Shown: one piece after another, positions 63,291-64,000 of the stretch
Numbering within the stretch: position 1 is the first letter of the stretch
Layout of the letters: every line of letters begins with the position of its first letter
Assembly (NCBI RefSeq): GCF_036321535.1
Contig: NC_087438.1
Span: 13,642,001 to 13,706,000, forward strand
From: Camelus dromedarius
Taxonomy: Eukaryota
Direction of reading: 5' to 3'
Length of the DNA: 64,000 bases
Program-made: the position numbers and the translations under genes
Notes under the pieces: model-generated
Told to the model about the DNA's origin: nothing
The model's input: the letters and a program-made list of their open reading frames with translations, nothing else
Databases searched by the model: none

Positions 63291-64000
63291 AATTACATTA
63301 TTAAAAACAAAAAATGAGTCATGTGATGGTTTTAGCTTAATAGACTCAGAAAATATTATATGAAGGAAAGAGCTATTAGGAATGCATGCTAGGTGATACT
63401 GTGTAATGTAACTGATTTGTAATAATTTGCTTTCCATTGTAAGTAGGCAATGAGAGGTCATTTCCTGATCTTCCAATTGTTTATTTAAAGAACAAGACAC
63501 TTGCAGCCTGAAAGACTGGAAGTCTTTCTTATCATCCTCCAATACACACTGTACATTCCAATATAGCCTTACCTAAAACTACATATAAAACAACTTCTAT
63601 GGAAAATTCCCACAAGATAATAAAAGCAATGAAGGGGTATGTTTTCCACATTGAAATTTGTGCTTTTTAAGATATGAAGCTCACGTGTGTCACAGTGAAT
63701 ACTGTAGTAGGAGGTGGTTTAAGTTCTGAATTCCACTGGCTAAGAGGACATAATGTGGAAGAAAGCAAAACAAAATGGAGATACACAAACAGGGGTCCTT
63801 TTGCTCATCATGTTAATGAAATCAAAATACTTAAACAACTTGTGGAATTATTGAAAACATAAACACATGTATTTTTTTTCATGTGAATGCTATCAATTGC
63901 TTATCTCTTTAAATTTTAAATTTCCCCAAAAGGTACCATAGACTATTAAAGCTATCCTTTGTTACACCATAAAGCATAGAAAAACACTATTTTCTTGTTA

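Overview
This is AT-rich, CpG-poor eutherian mammalian genomic DNA, not a prokaryotic sequence. The young LINE-1 3'UTRs look cetartiodactyl, and I saw no BovB, Bov-tA or PRE-1 elements, so a camelid is the most likely source (inference from recalled consensus sequences, not a database search). I find no supportable host protein-coding exon, RNA gene or CRISPR array, and the window reads as gene desert or deep intron. The only ORFs with recognisable protein sequence are LINE-1 ORF2 fragments. Much of the window is decayed interspersed repeat: L1 of several ages, L2, MIR, MaLR (MLT1) and ERVL (MLT2, LTR16-type, MER74-like) LTRs, hAT and TcMar DNA transposon relics, and microsatellites. I did not find a new biological system. 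The most notable observations are structural: a twin-primed 5'-inverted L1, a ~275 bp micro-inversion inside an L2, a perfect 46 bp duplication with a templated spacer, a collapsed ERVL provirus that keeps its LTR-PBS junction, and a Zaphod-type hAT transposase relic. Several repeat-free stretches carry motif clusters and may be enhancers. Subfamily names come from memory, and most repeat boundaries are approximate (tens of bp).
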